This document shows, one piece after another, positions 1 to 11,874 of a stretch of 64,000 nucleotides of DNA. Numbering within the stretch: position 1 is the first letter of the stretch; each line of letters starts with the position of its first letter. The position numbers were made by a program, and so were the translations under genes. Below the pieces are notes generated by a model that was given only the letters and a program-made list of their open reading frames with translations, did no database searches and was not told where the DNA came from. The DNA lies in NCBI GenBank assembly GCA_030390025.1, contig CM059432.1, positions 124,436,001-124,500,000 on the forward strand. The letters are read 5' to 3'. This stretch comes from Squalus acanthias (taxonomy: Eukaryota).

Positions 1-993
1 CTTCACACATTAACAAACAAGTTACCGTTAACGAGTCCGCCAAAATCTAACAATGACCGGGATTTGATTTGGCGCGCAGATAAGGAAGCTTCAATTCGTA
101 TAATTGAAGGCCCGCTCTCAACCTAGACAGTGCAGTTCATCCACGGAGGCATTCACCGCAACACAGTTCCCCAGTACCACCGTTCAACGTTCCGTGTTCA
201 GCCAGGAGGTCGACAGCTCGAAAACCAGACCGTTCAACAAAAGAGGCCAACAGCTCCCAAAGTAGGCCAACACGTGGAAGAAACCAGAGCGACCACCTCA
301 GTGACCATCGGACACCTCGCGGCAACAAGGGCCTCACGAAAACAACCAACCGAACATCACCACCAATATTGGGCCACCGCGACCAAAGAAAACCAACTCG
401 GAGAAAAACCGAAGATCCGCAAAGTTTCCACTCTACAATCTACTTCTGACTTACCCCTGGGTAAGATTTTTCCCCAAAAGACTCTAAACCCTACTTCTAA
501 ACCAAAGAAAAGTGGGTACTCACCTGATAGATCCAATACGCACCCTACCGTATCAGCGGACTCGCGAAGACTGACCAGCTACACAGTTGAAGTCCTCTAC
601 CGCGTACGGGGTACGGCAGACACCAACCAACATATAGAGCGAACCCCAAAATCGCGAACCAGCCCAACTGTCAAGGATTCTGGTGAGTATCATCCCTGGT
701 CCTCTAGAGTCCAACCTAGCTAGGGAAGTGGGATTGGGAGGGATGAAGTATTCTTCTAATGTAATTTCCCTCGTTTGTACCTAAGTGTTCCCCATTTTAT
801 TAGAGTGTTAAGATTGTTGTGTTGTGTTTTACTCTCTTGAATAAAGATCAAAGTTCTTGCATCAAAACCAGTTGTCTGTTGCACTTTTGTCACAACCCCC
901 AAACAAGTCCAAGGTCTAGAACCAAGGGAGTGGGAGCGATTCGAACCGCTCAGAAGTCAGAGGTGAAGCTGACACAAACCACCACCCCCTACA
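1..993 (+). mobile_element. Probable LTR (3' part) of an ERV/LTR retrotransposon, running off the window start
   Basis: CpG-rich, A/C-skewed block with a GGTGAGT donor (~682), AATAAA (~840), a GT-rich tract and a terminal ...CCCCTACA at 993. No PBS or internal genes follow. Confidence 0.45.
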
Positions 994-1479
994 TACTTCC
1001 CACTTCATTTTCCACTGGGAGTGCCGGTTGGATGCCCATTTGGCCAGGAACAAAAGAAGCTGTCACTAGCATTTGTGTCTGGCATCCATAGATCGGAGAG
1101 TCTGAAAGGAATATGTAGCCAGACCAAGAAGGCCTATAAAGGTAAGTGGCCTTTTCTCCCCACAGGAATCCATTGGATCTTTGGGGCTGGAGGTTTTCTG
1201 GCTGTAGTTTTTAAGACAGCAAGAGGAAAGCCATACAGCTTGGGAGCATTATTGCTGACCCAGGTCTGAGAATCTGGTTTTCCTCCCCTGTCTCTGGGTG
1301 CAGGCCTCTGCCAGGGGACAAGCCTGCACCAGCGACACATCAGGGCCATGCCAAATTCCCATAACTCTAGGTGGATTCGGGTCAGATCAGGGGCAGCGCA
1401 CATTGGGTGTGTACATCTGACTCGTACACCAGTGCAGAAGGAAGATGAATACCATGGCTCCAGACTCCGCAGTGAGTCT

Positions 1480-1618
1480 GCTGGAAACACTCAGCAGGCC
1501 AGGCAGCATCCGTGGAGAGAGAAACAGAGTTAACGTTTCAGGTCTGTGCCTGGTCTGCTGAGTGTTTCCAGCATTTTCTGTTGTTATTTCAGATTTCCAG
1601 CATCCACAGTATTTTGCT
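1480..1618. mobile_element. Tiny Penelope-like pLTR fragment with inverted halves
   Basis: 1480-1544 is the reverse complement of the pLTR end seen at ~9020-9085; 1547-1618 is the same end in + orientation, finishing CAGTATTTTGCT. Confidence 0.8.
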
Positions 1619-2715
1619 ATTGTATTGTCTGCAATGTGTCTGATGGTTTCTCTCATTCAAGTGCTGGCTCTTGTTCCGTCTCTCCCTCCCAGTTTCAACT
1701 GTTGGCTCCTGCTGTTCTTTGGGATGAATAGTTAGGCTGAGCAATGAAATAAAGATGACAGCTGCAAAGAATAACAAACCAAAAGCTGATAGAATCAGGA
1801 GAAACGGAATGCCTGAATGCATTACCACAAGCAAAACTTGTTAAATACGGAAGGAACATTCAGTTAAAAGCTAAGGAAAAATGGTCTGGAACATGTCACA
1901 GTTGCTTTGATGGCAGAAATATCTTCAACAGGCAGAATCCGTGTGTCAGAGAGCATAAAGAAATGATGTGTTGCAGAGGATAAGAACTTGCCTTTTTCTG
2001 GAGTTTGGAATGGCCAAATAACGCTGCAATTTCAAATCATTTCCTCACACGCGTAAGGGCCACAGATTAAGTAAAACAATAGCTAATTGATTGAAGTGCA
2101 CAAGCTGAAGCTGTGCATAGTTTTCTATTCATGAAAAGCTTTTACTCAGGGTGGCATTTTTTTGAATACTAGACGCTAGGTAACTTTGAAAAGGTAATTG
2201 CTTGAAAAAAAGGAATGTCAAAGGGTATAGGAAGCAAACGGCAGAGTGGGTTTGGACGAGGTGGCTCATGGAGAGAGAGCACTTGATGGGCCAAATGGCC
2301 TGTTTCTGTGACATCTTACAATTCGACTTGTTCAAACACCAGCAGCTTTTACAATGCAGTGAAATAACACTACCACACACCTCAGAGGACTGAAATTTAC
2401 ACTGGGGGGTTTAAATTCGAGGTGCAATTAAACTTGTCTGGATGTCTTATGTCAAAACAGAACTCTCAGAACAGATTACATTCATGCAATTTAAAATTTT
2501 CTGTAAATTTCCATGATCATTTAACACAATCTTTTGACAGTTCACCATGTATTGTTGCAGAAAAATGCAGGAATTAGTCCTTTAAAAGTGTGGGTGGAAG
2601 AGATCAGGTTAAGTAAAACAGAAAAATCTCATTGTAGAGATTTAAAATTAGTCATCTTTTCAAACCGTGAAAGAAATCAGGTTAAGTTAGAATGAAAACT
2701 GCAGGTAGAGGCATT

Positions 2716-3205
2716 GAGGCAGAAATTCCATTCCCTAGGGGCCGGAAGCGCTGTGTACTCACCCGTAGGGCCAACGGAAATACCGGTTTTAGGCATGCAC
2801 TGCGCATGCGCTGGAAACCGGCATTTCCGATCTGTCAAGAAAGCTCTTGACAGATCCTCCGCCTGCCCGGGAGCAGGGCTTCTGCGGGGGGAGAGTTCCG
2901 TTTTTTGGAAACACTTACAATTCTTGCGCCTGGTAAAAGCAGGCGTAAGGCCTGCTTTTACCAGGATAAGAGTTGAAAAAAAGTTTTAAAAAAATAATAA
3001 TTTTTGCACTGATTTATCTTTTAAAAATACTTTAAAGAAAGGTAAGTTTATTTTTAGCCCTGTTAAAAACTTTAATTATTTTTTTCAAAAAATAAAATTT
3101 TTGTTTAAAATACTTAATTTATGTAATTTAAAGTCATTTTAAAAATGTGATTTTTTTTTTAATCTATTTAAAGTTTTACTATGTTTTGGGGGTGATTTCC
3201 ATTCT
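2716..3205. mobile_element. Truncated Harbinger-type MITE (same family as 6168-6928 and 33382-34154)
   Basis: Left TIR-like GAGGCAGAAATTC, shared GCACTGCGCATGCGC motif, AAAGCAGGCGTA and an AT-rich core with AAGGTAAGTTTATTTTT. Confidence 0.7.
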
Positions 3206-3209
3206 GAAT

Positions 3210-5254
3210 TAATAAATTTATCAATAATCAGTGAACACATATTTACAACAACAATATTAACTATTCACCCTTGTGCAATCCCTTAGTGCCTCTCCTTAAT
3301 GTGTCTTTGCCTTCCATAGTGCTCCTACGAAGTGTTGGCCCAGTGGCTGCAGCACAGCTGGTGGAAGGCTGCTGAGTGTCCGTGCGGGAGTCTTCAGATG
3401 GCCTTGCAGGATGCCCTTGACCAGCTCTGGGCCTGGAAGGCCCGGCTGTAGACTGCACCACCTCAGAATGGGTGGCAGCAGTCTGGGCTGGCTGGATGAC
3501 AGGCAGCGACAACGGCAATGGCGGAGTGCCAGTGGTGGGAGCAGAATGTTGTCATCCTGAGAGAGGACAGCAGGTTCCTGCTCCACTGACCCACTGGCAC
3601 TCCCCCAGGGCAGCAACTCAGCATCCCTAGCAATCTGCTGGAGCACAGATTGCTGGCCTGTTGCGACACCGTGAAAGCCCCGTTCGATGGTGGTAGACCC
3701 AGTCACGATGGCAGTAGTCAGAGCTTGCGTTGCATCAAGCTGAGACTGCATGTGAGCAGTCTGAGATTGAATAGCACCAACCATAGACTGCATTACAGCA
3801 CTAAGACATTGCCTGTGCTGCAATGGAAGCTGCCAGATCGCCCATCACACTAGCATCAGGTCTGGGTCGCCACGGTCTCTCTGGAAGTCTACCATCCTTT
3901 CCAGACTGGAAATGATGGGCCCCATGCTGTGCACAGAGCTCTGTGCAATGTTGGAGGCAGGACTCCTCCACGCTCCTTACCATTGTCAACAGGCTCTCGG
4001 GCACCCTTGCCATTCGCACCTATCATCTCCGTGTGCATGCCCATCACCCTTCTTCTAAAGGCTTCCACATCGAGGTCCTCATCTCAGTCCTGTGCAGCAG
4101 AACTCGCGCGCGAACTTGCTCTCCGGGGAGCTGGCCCCCGAGCTACCCTTTCCCCCTGGCCTTGCTGCAGCCCGCTCGTTCCCGGTGCATCACCCTGTGC
4201 AGATCCCGCTACTATACTAGCCTCTAAAGAACGCATAGTGCCAGTATCTGAGCTGGTGCCTGCAGGTGAGACATGCAGTGATGCGGTGTGTTCTTCCTCT
4301 TCTCCCGCCTCGCTCTCTACGGTGCCCTCAGGGACAGGCTGCTCAGGTGCTTGTTCATTATCTGAAAGCATAAAGGCACAAGAGTCAAGTTAAGGTGAGG
4401 GGAGGGGGGCAGGAAGGGAGAAATGCATGCATACAGCATTATTAGCTGGAAAGTGTGTGAGTGTGGAGCAATGTGTTTGGGTGATGTGCCTGCCATAGTA
4501 GAATAGCTGTCATTGTGTGCAAGGTGTGAGATGTGGGTGTGAGTGTTGGTAGGTAGAGATTGTTGGTGGGTGAGCGCTGGGGGTGTGGTGATTTAGCCAG
4601 TGTGTGCAGACTGTGGTTCAGACCGTGGTATGTAGCATTTGTTGAGGCATTGACTCACCCTGACCACCTGAGTGAGGTTGTTAAATTTCTTCCTGCACTG
4701 TGTGTGGGTCCTGGGGACCACAGTGCTGCCCGAGATATTCTGGGCAACCTCCCTCCACATGGCACGGAAGACTGTGAGGGCCTCCTGCCACTTGCTAGGT
4801 AGAGCACCACCCTCCGTCTCTCCACAGCGGACACCAACACCTCCAATGCTTGGTCCGAAAATCTGCAGGCTCTCTCCCTGGGGTGTGGATCTGCCATCAT
4901 GACACCTGCTTCAGTCATCCGGCTCCTTGGGCTTGGCCTGCTCCTGCTTGCTGACAGGTTCACAGCCAGCAATGTTGAGAATGAGGTTCTGCAGCATCAA
5001 TGAACCTCCCCTTTAAGAACTGGAAAGAGCCTGTGGCGATAATGACTTGCGATTAGACTACACCTGATATTGGTCAGCGCTTTGAGTGTAGCGCCACTAA
5101 GCTAGGCCATTAACACTTGATTTGGCACTCCAATATTTTCTTTGAGTGATGAGACTCAATTATGCATGCAGCATGATTCATTAGCACCTGGCACTAATTC
5201 TCAAACTTTTCAAAAGTTACCGCCCTATCCTGGGCTATAATGAATTTCTCCCCC
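3210..5254 (-). mobile_element. Harbinger transposon fragment carrying a degenerate spliced Myb/SANT (NAIF1-like) gene
   Basis: TIR-like AATTTCTCCCCC at 5243-5254. Exon 1 (4659-4900) reads MADPHPRERACRFSDQALEVLVSAVERRRVVL and ends at GTGAGT. The last exon starts at 4361 after TTTCAG, is frameshifted, and has a basic RRST tail like the gene at 37400-39352. Confidence 0.75.
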
Positions 5255-5604
5255 TGAGACTAACCATTGATAACGCTTAAGTAGTTAACAAAGTACTGAA
5301 GAATATCTTTCAATGAGGTCAATGGTTCAATTTGGTTGTCACCCTGTGCATCAACCTGGTTTTACGGACATAGAGAGTTGTTCTAAAGTAAAGGCCTCAC
5401 TTTCCTCCCAATCTGCCTTTCTACTATTTAATCATCATAAGGATTTGAGGAACATTTACCTGAAGCAGAATCCTTTCTGCATCTATTTAGTTGTTCCTAT
5501 ACTTTAGGCCACAAAATCACTTCAAAGCAAACAGACCTACATTAGAGGCAAACATTTGTAGATCAAAGAAACAAACAAATAAAAAAGTAAGGAAAGCATG
5601 CCAT

Positions 5605-6014
5605 AAAAAGAAAGACTTGCATTTCTATAGCGCCTTTCACGACCACCGGATGCCCCAAAGCACTTTACAGCCAATGAAGTACTTTTTGAAGTGTAGTCAC
5701 TGTTGCAATGTAGGAAACGCGGCAGCCAATTTACACATAGCAAGCTCCCACAAACAGCAATGTTTTAGGGAAGTTGATTGAGGGATAAATATTGGCCAGG
5801 ACACCGGGGAGAACTCCCCTGCTCTTCTTCGAAATAGTGCCATGAGATCTTTTACGTCCACCTGAAAGAGCAGACGGGGCCTCAGTTTAACGTCTCATCT
5901 GAAAGACGGCACCTCTGAGAGTGCAGCACTCCCTCAGTACTGCATTGAAGTATCAGCCTAGATTTTTGAGCTCAAGTCTCAGGAGTGGGACATGAACCCA
6001 CAACCTTCTGACTC
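5605..6014 (-). mobile_element. SacSINE1-like (Deu-domain) tRNA SINE
   Basis: Reverse complement of 62962-63428, including the Deu-type core and the AAAGGCGCTATAGAAATGCAAGTCTTTC tail. Confidence 0.85.
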
Positions 6015-6167
6015 ATAAACACAACAGACAGATTGAAAACCGTTGACTGCTGTTACAATTCCCTGCCCTATTTATCTTCATGGCAAACCAAAGGTTCCAT
6101 AGGTAGACCTACATTCTCTCTGAACCAATATCTACAATTTAAAGCATGAACATGAATAGAATATAAT

Positions 6168-6928
6168 GGCCCGAAAATGAAACCTAATACGCGAGAGTAC
6201 GCACTGTGTACTCTCGCGTATTAGGTCCCGAATTTCCGGATTCCTGCATGCACTGCGCATGCGCGGGAAACCGGCACTTCGTGAATTGAAAAGGGGGCGG
6301 TTCCTAAGTGAACCGCGTGCGCACTACAGGCTGTGCGCACGCAGTGCACTTTGGGTTTTTTTCAGCTTTGTACGCGCAGGTAAGTGGTGAAGATTTTACA
6401 CACAAAGAAAGCAGGCGTAGGACCCCCTTTTAACAAGGTAAGTAGTTAATTAAGTGTTATTTAAAAAATTTTCAACAGGTTTATCTTTTTTAGAGACTTT
6501 AAAGAAAGGTAAGTTTATTTTTATAACTTTTAAAAAGATTTTAAATTTTTCCAAAAATTAATTTTTTGTTTAAAGTGGTTAATTTATTTAACTATACTTA
6601 TTTTATTAATGTGATGGCTTTTTTTAAATTTAATTGAGGTTTAGCTGTTCTTTTGGGGGTGTGTAGTATTCATAGCTTTGACAGCTCTTGTCGTCAAAAC
6701 TATGAATGAAAGATGGTGTGCTGCCATTGGCTCTAACTGAATCACGTGATCCCAGAGCTCACACGAACTAATTGCGCCTCTGGGTCACGCAAGCACTGCA
6801 CGGTTTCAACAGAGAGAGCGATTGAAACTAAAGTTCGTGTGGGCCCGGAGCAAAAAGGTAGGCGCGGAGTGCGATATCGCGGGGAATCCTTACCCCCGCG
6901 GGAACCATCCATGTTTAATTTCTGGGCC
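6168..6928. mobile_element. Harbinger-type MITE, complete
   Basis: TIRs GGCCCGAAAATGAAAC / GTTTAATTTCTGGGCC, with a 3-bp TSD AAT on both sides (6165-6167, 6929-6931). Confidence 0.8.
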
Positions 6929-7025
6929 AATAGCAAAATACTGCGGATGCTGGAAATCTGAAATAACAACAGAAAATGCTAGAAATACTCAGCAGGCCAG
7001 GCAGTATCTGTGGTGAGAGAAACAG

Positions 7026-7062
7026 GGTTAACGTTTCAGGTCTGGGACCCTTCATCAGAACT
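7026..7062 (-). ncRNA. Minimal type I hammerhead ribozyme motif (Penelope pLTR, inverted copy)
   Basis: Reverse complement reads AGTT CTGATGA A GGGTC CCA GACCT GAAAC GTT AACC. Confidence 0.75.
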
Positions 7063-7639
7063 GGAAAAAGCTGGAGATGTAACAGATATTAAGCAGGTGC
7101 AGAGACGGGGCAGGGTGGGGGGGTTGCGGTTTAGGAGGGGAGGAAGGAATTGAAAGAACATACTGTGCTTATGTAAGAGGCAGGAAAGATAAAATGTTGC
7201 AAATGGGAATGGCAAAATCATACAGCATGAAAAATGGGGGCAGGGATTATTGTCTGAAATTGTTGAACTCGATGTTGAGTCCGGAAGGCTGTAAAGTGCC
7301 TAATCGAAAGATGAGGTGCTGTTCCTTGAGCTTACGTTGAGCTTCATTGGAACAATGTAATAGGCCGAGGACAGAGAGATCAGAGTGGGAGTGAAGCGGA
7401 GAATTAAAGTGACAGGCGACCGGAAGCTCAGGGTCACCCTTACGGACTGAACGGAGGTGTTCCGCAAAGTGGTCACCCAATCTGCGTTTGGTCTCCCCAA
7501 TGTAGAGGAGACCGCATCGCATTAGAGGCCCAACCAGTCCCCATCCACCACCACCCTCCTCCGCCTGGCTGAACTTGTTCTCACATTAAACAACTTCTCC
7601 TCTGACTCCAGTCACTTCCTCCAAATTAAAGGTGTTGCT

Positions 7640-8893
7640 ATGGGAACCCGCATGGGCCCTAGCTATGCCTGCCTGTTCATGGGATATGTGGAACATTCTT
7701 TGTTCCAGTCCTACTCAGGTCCCCTCCCTCACCTCTTTTTCCGGTACATCGCTGACTGCATCGGTGCCGTTTCCTGCTCTCGACCTGAACTAGATAAGTT
7801 CATTCACTTTACTTCCAATTTCCACCCTTCCCTCACCTTCACATGGTCCATCTCCGACTCTTCCCTTCCCTTCCTTGACTTCTCCGTCTCCATTTCTGGC
7901 GATCGGCTTTCGACAAACATCCACTACAAGCCCACTGACTCCCACAGCTACCTGGACTACACTTCCTCCCACCCTGCTTCCTGTAAGGACTCTATTCCAT
8001 TCTCCCAGTTTCTCCGTCTCCGCCGCGTCTGTTCTGACGATGCCACCTTCCATACCAGTGCTTCCGACATGTCTTCCTTTTTCCTCAACCGAGGATTCCC
8101 CTCTACTTTGGTTGACACGGCCCTTGACCGTGTCCGTTCCATTTCCCGCACTTCTGATCTCACCCATTCCCCTCCCTCCCAGAACCACGATAGGGTTCCC
8201 CTTGTCTTTACCTTTCATCCCACCAGCCTCCACATTCAACGGATAATCCTCCGCCATTTCCGCCACCTCCAAAGTGATCCCACCACCAAACACATCTTCC
8301 CCTCACCTCCCCTTTCAGCATTCCGAAGGGACCGCTCCCTCCGCGACACCCTGGTCCACTCCTCAATCACCCCTAACAGCCCTTCTCCTTCACCTGGCAC
8401 CTTCCCGTGCAAGCGCAGGAGATGCAACACATGCCCTTTTACCTCCTCCCTTCCCACTGTCCAGGGCCCCAAACACCCCTTCCAGGTGAAACAGCGATTT
8501 ACTTGTACTTCTTGCAATTTGATATACTGTATTCGCTGCTCACGATGCGGTCTCCTCTACACTGGGGAGACCAAACGCAGATTGGGCGACCGCTTTGCGG
8601 AACACCTCCGTTCAGTCCGTAAGGGTGACCCTGAGCTTCCGGTCGCCTGTCACTTTAATTCTCCGCTTCACTCCCACTCTGATCTCTCTGTCCTCGGCCT
8701 ATTACATTGTTCCAATGAAGCTCAACGTAAGCTCGAGGAACAGCACCTCATCTTTCGATTAGGCACTTTACACCTTTCCGGACTCAACATCGAGTTCAAC
8801 AATTTCAGACAATTATCCCTGCCCCCATTTTTCATGCTGTATGATTTTGCCATTCCCATTTGCAACATTTTATCTTTCCTGCCTCTTACATAA
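7640..8893 (+). pseudogene. Penelope RT C-terminal half, CxxxxCxxC linker and GIY-YIG endonuclease (frame open from ~7524)
   Basis: GVAMGTRMGPSYA (RT motif B'), FRYIADC (YIDD mutated), LPFLD, HYKPT, CKRRRCNTC, LIYCIRC..LYTGETKRRLGDRFAEH. Confidence 0.9.
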
Positions 8894-8999
8894 GCACAGT
8901 ATGTTCTTTCAATTCCTTCCTCCCCTCCTAAACCGCAACCCCCCCACCCTGCCCCGTCTCTGCACCTGCTTAATATCTGTTACATCTCCAGCTTTTTCC

Positions 9000-9036
9000 A
9001 GTTCTGATGAAGGGTCCCAGACCTGAAACGTTAACT
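9000..9036 (+). ncRNA. Minimal type I hammerhead ribozyme motif (Penelope pLTR)
   Basis: AGTT CTGATGA A GGGTC-CCA-GACCT GAAAC GTT AACT: conserved core boxes, helix II, helix I AGTT/AACT and a palindromic helix III. Confidence 0.8.
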
Positions 9037-9127
9037 CTGTTTCTCTCCCCACGGATGCTGCCTGGCCTGCTGAGTATTTCCAGCATTTTCTGTTGTTATT
9101 ACATGAATAGAATGCCTCATGGGCTAA

Positions 9128-9600
9128 TAGAAACATAGAAAGACAGAAGCAGAAGTAGGCCATTCGGCCCTTCGAGCCTGCTCCGCCATTCAACATGATC
9201 ATGGCTGATCCTCTATCTCAATACCATATTCCCGCGCTCTCCCCATACCCCTTGACGCTTTTTGCATCTAGAAATCTATCTATCTCCTTCTTAAATATAT
9301 TCAGTGACTTGGCCTCCACAGCCTTCTGTGGGAGAGAATTCCACCGGTTCACCACCCTCTGCGTGAAGAAATTTCTCCTCATCTCAGTCCTGAATGTCCT
9401 ACCCTGTAACCTGAGACTGTGACCTCTCGTTCTAGAGCCCCCAGCCAGGGGAAACATCTTCCCTGCATCCAGTCTGTCTAGCCCTGTCAGAATTTTATAC
9501 GTCTCAATGAGATCCCCTCTCATTCTTCTAAACTCTAGTGAATACAGGCCTAGTCGACCCAATCTCTCCTCATACGACAGTCCTGCCATCCCAGGAATCA
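9128..9600 (-). mobile_element. CR1 LINE 3' fragment
   Basis: IPGMAGLSYEERLGRLGLYSLEFRRMRGDLIETYKIL, plus a 3' hairpin and TTTCTATG tail. Confidence 0.92.
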
Positions 9601-10749
9601 CAATAGTTGCATGGGACGGTCACCATACTTTCCTGATATCTTTGATAGACAGACAAATGTTACTCTGTCAGATCATATAGTTCAGGCTAAAACTACAGTT
9701 GAGGTTTATTACAAGAAATACATCTACACAGAAGCAAAACTGAATGAGCAGATAAGCAGCAATACTGTGCTTAGCTCATACTGATAATTTAAACTGTTTC
9801 TAAAACCAAAACATAAAGTACTGAAATTCTTAGTGGTGGTGATTGGGGTAGGTGGGGGAGTGCATGGTGAGATTGGATGAGGACACGGGTTAGAGAAATC
9901 AAAGCAGAGGGGACGAGGAAAATTTAGCTTGAAATCAGGAGAATGGAACAGATTTCAGCAAGGAAATTGCTGGGGGACTTGAGAGGATGGTGGATGATAA
10001 GGGGTTTGAAGAAGAGGTGAGGGGGTGATAGAGTATGAGATGCTCAAAAGAGGTGAAAGTGCAAGGGAGTTAGAGACAGTGCAAAATGGGACCTGGTATT
10101 GGGAGCTACACTGCTCCTGCGACAGTTTAACTCCAGTGTTGGTTCTATGCCTATCACCATTACTGTAAAATATTGCAAATGGAGGTATTTGTTTAATGAT
10201 GATTTTTTCCACCCCAGAGAGAATAATAAGAAAAACATTCAGAAGTTATTAAGTTACCTCACTGGCCAATTTCACAAGTGCCACAGGATATAATCACATT
10301 TAAAGTAATAACATTATTGAGCAGTGAAGGCACCAAAACAATTTGTCATAAGAATAACTGAGGTGTTGTGGATATACTGAGTAAAATTGCTTATTTGTCA
10401 AGATAGAGCAGCATTTACTGTTTCAATACAGAAAACTAGCACGTACTAAAGTGACATTAAGTCTGAGCAAGCATTTGGCGTAGCTTTAAGGTGCAAGAAA
10501 TTGTGCAATCAGGGAAAAGTTGGAATCTGTCCATGACATGATCAACCAGAAACAGAAAATCATTTGATATATTGCAGTGCAAAAACTAGAGTGGTGGAAA
10601 AATGAAATGCTTAATATTACAATAAACTGCAGAGATCATCTACAAACACAACTTCTTCCCCTCCCCAACTTTACAAAGTTACTAAGAAAATTAATTATTT
10701 TTTCCGAAACTTTTTTTTGCTGTCATTTATGAATAACGCACAAGAAACA

Positions 10750-11472
10750 TCAGGGAGGCGGGGAGGGCATGGGGAGGGCACGGGGAGAGCGCGGTAGCAC
10801 GGGGAAAACCCAGCAAGCCTGTGGAGGCAGAGGTCCCGCCGAATTTAACGGCAGGGCCTCATTATAATGTCTTTCTTCCATTTCCTGCCCAGCAGCCGGC
10901 CATATTGACAGGCTGGCCGGCTGCCGGGCAGGAAAACCAGTGGCAGGAGGTTGCAGCCAGGGCCCTTGGGGAGGGAGCAAGAGATCGAGGCTGGGTGGGG
11001 GGAAGAGGGCGCGGAGGAGGTCGCCGATTGCAGACGGGAGGGAGAGGGAGATCGGGGCGGGGGGGGGGCGGGGAGAGAGAGGCCGTGATCGGCAGAGGGG
11101 AGGCAGAAGGCTTCCTTGAGGGGCCAGGGGTAGGGGAGCACTCTTGCTAACCTGGCCCACAAGGAGTGCTGTAAAAGGCACTTACCTTCTTGAGCCGGCA
11201 GCTCCCACCTCGATTTCACTGCCGGGTTTCCCGAACCCTGGGAAACCCACGCGGCAACTGTTAAATTGAAATCAGGCTCCCAATTGCACTGTGGGAGCCT
11301 GATTTAAATAAGTTAATGAGGGAGGACACTCGCACGTCACAAAACCCGTCGCTGTAAAAACGGAAAAGGGCGTGCACACAGCATTTTGGGGACACGCTCC
11401 CCATTTAAAACTTTTTAACCCCCCTCCCCCAACCTTCTCCCGCCTGTCGTGGGAGGGTTAATATTGAGGCCA
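10750..11472. mobile_element. GC-rich Harbinger-type non-autonomous element fragment
   Basis: Ends GGTTAATATTGAGGCC; shares the GCAGGGCCTCATT..AAT and CCGGGTTTCCCG motifs with ~34330-34760 and ~47645-48100. Confidence 0.5.
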
Positions 11473-11874
11473 AGATGACCATGCAGGTAGATTATATTCT
11501 TGGGAATGCTTTGAAAATTTTAAATAAAATTGAAAACCGGGGGAATACCTTCACAGTGCCGATTGTAATATAAATCCGAAAGAGTTCAACAAGAGTGAAT
11601 GAGATTAGTAACACTATCTCAGCTAATGCAGATCAGGAAGTTCCCAAGTTGCATCCACAATTTATCCTGAGTTAGGTAATATCAACTGGAGTTCCACCAG
11701 GAATGCTGCAAGTGGCCTCAGCACCCCAGGATTATGGGCTGAACAACATAGCCAGGAGTTCCCTCTCTTTCTAGGGGGTGTGCATTTGCAGATGGTCAGT
11801 AAAAACAGGATGATAAAGTTGCTTGTTGACTTTCATTGCCTAAACTGACACATTAAAAACAGCCATTTGCCCAA

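Larger units (their letters stand above)
6932..9100. mobile_element. Penelope-like element (Neptune-type), 5'-truncated, with an inverted duplication of the endonuclease/pLTR end
   Basis: ~6963-7519 is the near-identical reverse complement of ~8543-9100. It contains RT, a Cys linker, GIY-YIG coding sequence and hammerhead motifs. Confidence 0.92.

Noticed and set aside
130..723. 197-aa ORF
   Set aside because: GTG start, low-complexity T/S/K/P composition and no recognisable domain; it lies in LTR-like DNA.
2716..5254. A single element spanning the MITE and the Myb fragment
   Set aside because: The ends are similar but the flanks (ATT / TGA) do not form a TSD; two elements fused by a deletion is more likely.
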